The notes beneath the pieces are model-generated. The model was not told where the DNA came from. It saw only the letters and a list, made by a program, of their open reading frames with translations, and ran no database searches. This document shows, piece after piece, positions 62,670 through 64,000 of a DNA stretch of 64,000 nt. Position 1 is the stretch's first letter. Every line of letters begins with the position of its first letter. The translations under genes and the position numbers were made by a program. Source of the stretch: Candidatus Micrarchaeaceae archaeon (lineage in GTDB: Archaea; Micrarchaeota; Micrarchaeia; Micrarchaeales; CABMGC01); assembly GCA_038878295.1 (NCBI GenBank), contig JAVZVY010000001.1:42163-106162 (forward strand), given 5' to 3'.

Positions 62670-63344
62670 CTACTGTAGCTTGCTGACTGACTCCGGAATT
62701 TCGTAGAAACTTTGGACGAGCATATCTCCTGCCGGATCACCTTTATAAGAAATGGTCTTGATGCCAAGGTTTTTTGCGCCAACTAGCTCCACTTTGTCAT
62801 GCCCAACGAAAACAGTCTCGTCTGGCCTGCAAGAAAAATAGTCCATAACGGCCTGATACGATTCCTTATCTGGTTTCTTGTGGTGTATCTCAGACGAAAC
62901 AAAGATCTTATCAAACAAACCATCAATATTCAAATACTTGAACATTACTTCAAGGTCTGCTGGAGTTCTTCCTGTGTTTGACAGAATGGCAAGCTTATAT
63001 CCTTCATTTTTCAGCCTTGAGAGGGTTTCCCTAATGTTTGGTTCGGTCAATTCAGCTTTTTTGAAAGCTTCGCTATCGAGCTTTTCGTATTCGTTTAGGT
63101 AGGCTTCTGGAATTCCTACTTTTGAAAGATATTGTCTGTGCGCCTCCTGAATGGACATTTTTCCGAGCTCAGTGGCGTTGCTAAATTCTCCCCACGATTT
63201 GGAGACATTTTCAATGTCTGTGACACCGTGTGCCTTCAGGAAATTGGCAAATGCTTGGTTGAAATATTTGAAGGCGTTCTTAAGATCATATATTACCTTG
63301 TTCGCGTCAAAAATTATGAGTTTTATCCTATTTTCATTAAGCAT
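62670..63344 (-). CDS. HAD-superfamily hydrolase (motif I reads DxN)
   Basis: 224 aa. LIIFDANKVIYD (second Asp replaced by Asn), ILSNTG, VFVGHD. Confidence 0.65.
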   Translation of the reverse strand: MLNENRIKLIIFDANKVIYDLKNAFKYFNQAFANFLKAHGVTDIENVSKSWGEFSNATELGKMSIQEAHRQYLSKVGIPEAYLNEYEKLDSEAFKKAELTEPNIRETLSRLKNEGYKLAILSNTGRTPADLEVMFKYLNIDGLFDKIFVSSEIHHKKPDKESYQAVMDYFSCRPDETVFVGHDKVELVGAKNLGIKTISYKGDPAGDMLVQSFYEIPESVSKLQ

Positions 63345-63604
63345 ATCAATCGCTAAAATATGTAATCTAAACTATTTATGCTTTTTTAATACTGTGAGTT
63401 CCCCATCCCTTCGTAGGAGTTGAAATATGATATCTATTTTTATCAAAGTAACTACGACTGCAACGCGCAATGGGTTTTACTGCTGCTCGGATAGTAATTT
63501 TGCCGCAAAGCCTAAGAGATGCGAATGTTTAAATATTTTTAGCGGATATGATTGCTTGGTAATGCCAACTTTATTGCCTGTATTTTTATGCTTTAGGGGG
63601 TTGC

Positions 63605-64000
63605 ATGTTCGAACTAAAACTGGCAAACGCAAAATACTGGAAAAGCTGTGTTGAAGCTATAGTGAACCTCGTCGACGAAGGGTCCTTTGTAATAAACAGC
63701 GATGGGATAAGCCTCAAGGCTATGGATCCATCAAGCATAAGCATGGTATCGTTCAACATGCCCAAAAAAGCATTTGAGAAGTTCAGTGTCGACAAGGAGA
63801 CAACAATAGGACTCAATCTTGAGAACTTCAACAAGATTCTATCCAGAACGAGGGATGATGAATCGTTGTTAATGAAGGACTCTAATGGCAAGCTTCTTCT
63901 TGAGTTTGCTGGCCAGTCAGGAAAAAGAAGGTACAGGCTGCAACTCATAGACGTGAGAAAGGGGGTCGAGAAGGAGCCTAACGTGAATTTTGAGGCTGTC
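63605..64000 (+). CDS. pcn: DNA polymerase sliding clamp PCNA (5' part; continues beyond the window)
   Basis: ATG 63605 preceded by GGGGGT. Translation MFELKLANAKYWKSCVEAIVNLVDEGSFVINSDGISLKAMDPSSISMVSFNMPKKAFEKF...LQLIDV is typical of the PCNA N-terminal domain. Missing from the ORF track (no stop in the window), which lists only an antisense ORF here. Confidence 0.9.
   Translation, partial: MFELKLANAKYWKSCVEAIVNLVDEGSFVINSDGISLKAMDPSSISMVSFNMPKKAFEKFSVDKETTIGLNLENFNKILSRTRDDESLLMKDSNGKLLLEFAGQSGKRRYRLQLIDVRKGVEKEPNVNFEAV

Noticed and set aside
62646-62678. Inverted repeat CTACAGT (62648-62654) / ACTGTAG (62672-62678) overlapping the HAD gene stop, as a terminator
   Set aside because: It has a 7-bp stem with a 17-nt loop and no downstream T-run. 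Archaeal termination does not require hairpins. The evidence is too weak to annotate.
63586-63948. 120-aa minus-strand ORF at the window end
   Set aside because: The plus strand here encodes an unmistakable PCNA N-terminal domain (63605 onward). It is missing from the track only because it has no stop inside the window.
1-64000. CRISPR arrays, rRNA genes, IS elements/transposases
   Set aside because: I saw no regularly spaced direct repeats of 24-40 nt, no rRNA-like conserved blocks and no transposase/integrase motifs on either strand. The only exact long repeat is the 39-nt intragenic pair in the AAA+ gene.

Overview
Gene-dense, moderately AT-rich archaeal chromosome segment. Most genes are separated by 0-15 nt or overlap, and many use GTG/TTG starts. 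Archaeal identity rests on family-D DNA polymerase (DP1+DP2), PCNA (partial at the 3' edge), a PriL-like primase subunit, SRP54, Kae1+Bud32, RNase P Rpp21, ribosomal protein L41e, archaeal-type AlaRS/CysRS/TrpRS, DtdA, RibL and ScpA/ScpB. There is also an 11-gene NuoABCDHIJKLMN operon without NuoEFG. Five tRNAs are present. Three carry introns, one of them at a non-canonical T-loop position, and one is the rare tRNA-Ile(UAU). The compact layout, sequon-rich surface proteins and tRNA peculiarities suggest a small-genome archaeon (DPANN/Micrarchaeota-like or Thermoplasmata-like). I cannot confirm lineage without a database search. I saw no CRISPR array, rRNA, transposase or integrase. The most unusual content is as follows. 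(1) A 905-aa cysteine-free protein combines a degenerate and an intact metallophosphoesterase domain with long coiled coils; it has its own promoter and a tightly linked 118-aa partner. (2) A tandem-AAA+ (Cdc48-like D1-D2) ATPase is fused to a polytopic membrane domain and carries a 39-nt perfect intragenic repeat. (3) The tRNA set is intron-rich and decodes AUA through a UAU anticodon. (4) A Cys-poor PriL-like gene is translationally coupled to an unlisted 51-aa Cys-rich zinc-finger ORF. (5) Three genes are missing from the ORF track: L41e, PCNA and the zinc-finger ORF. All functional calls come from motif recognition by eye; no searches were run.
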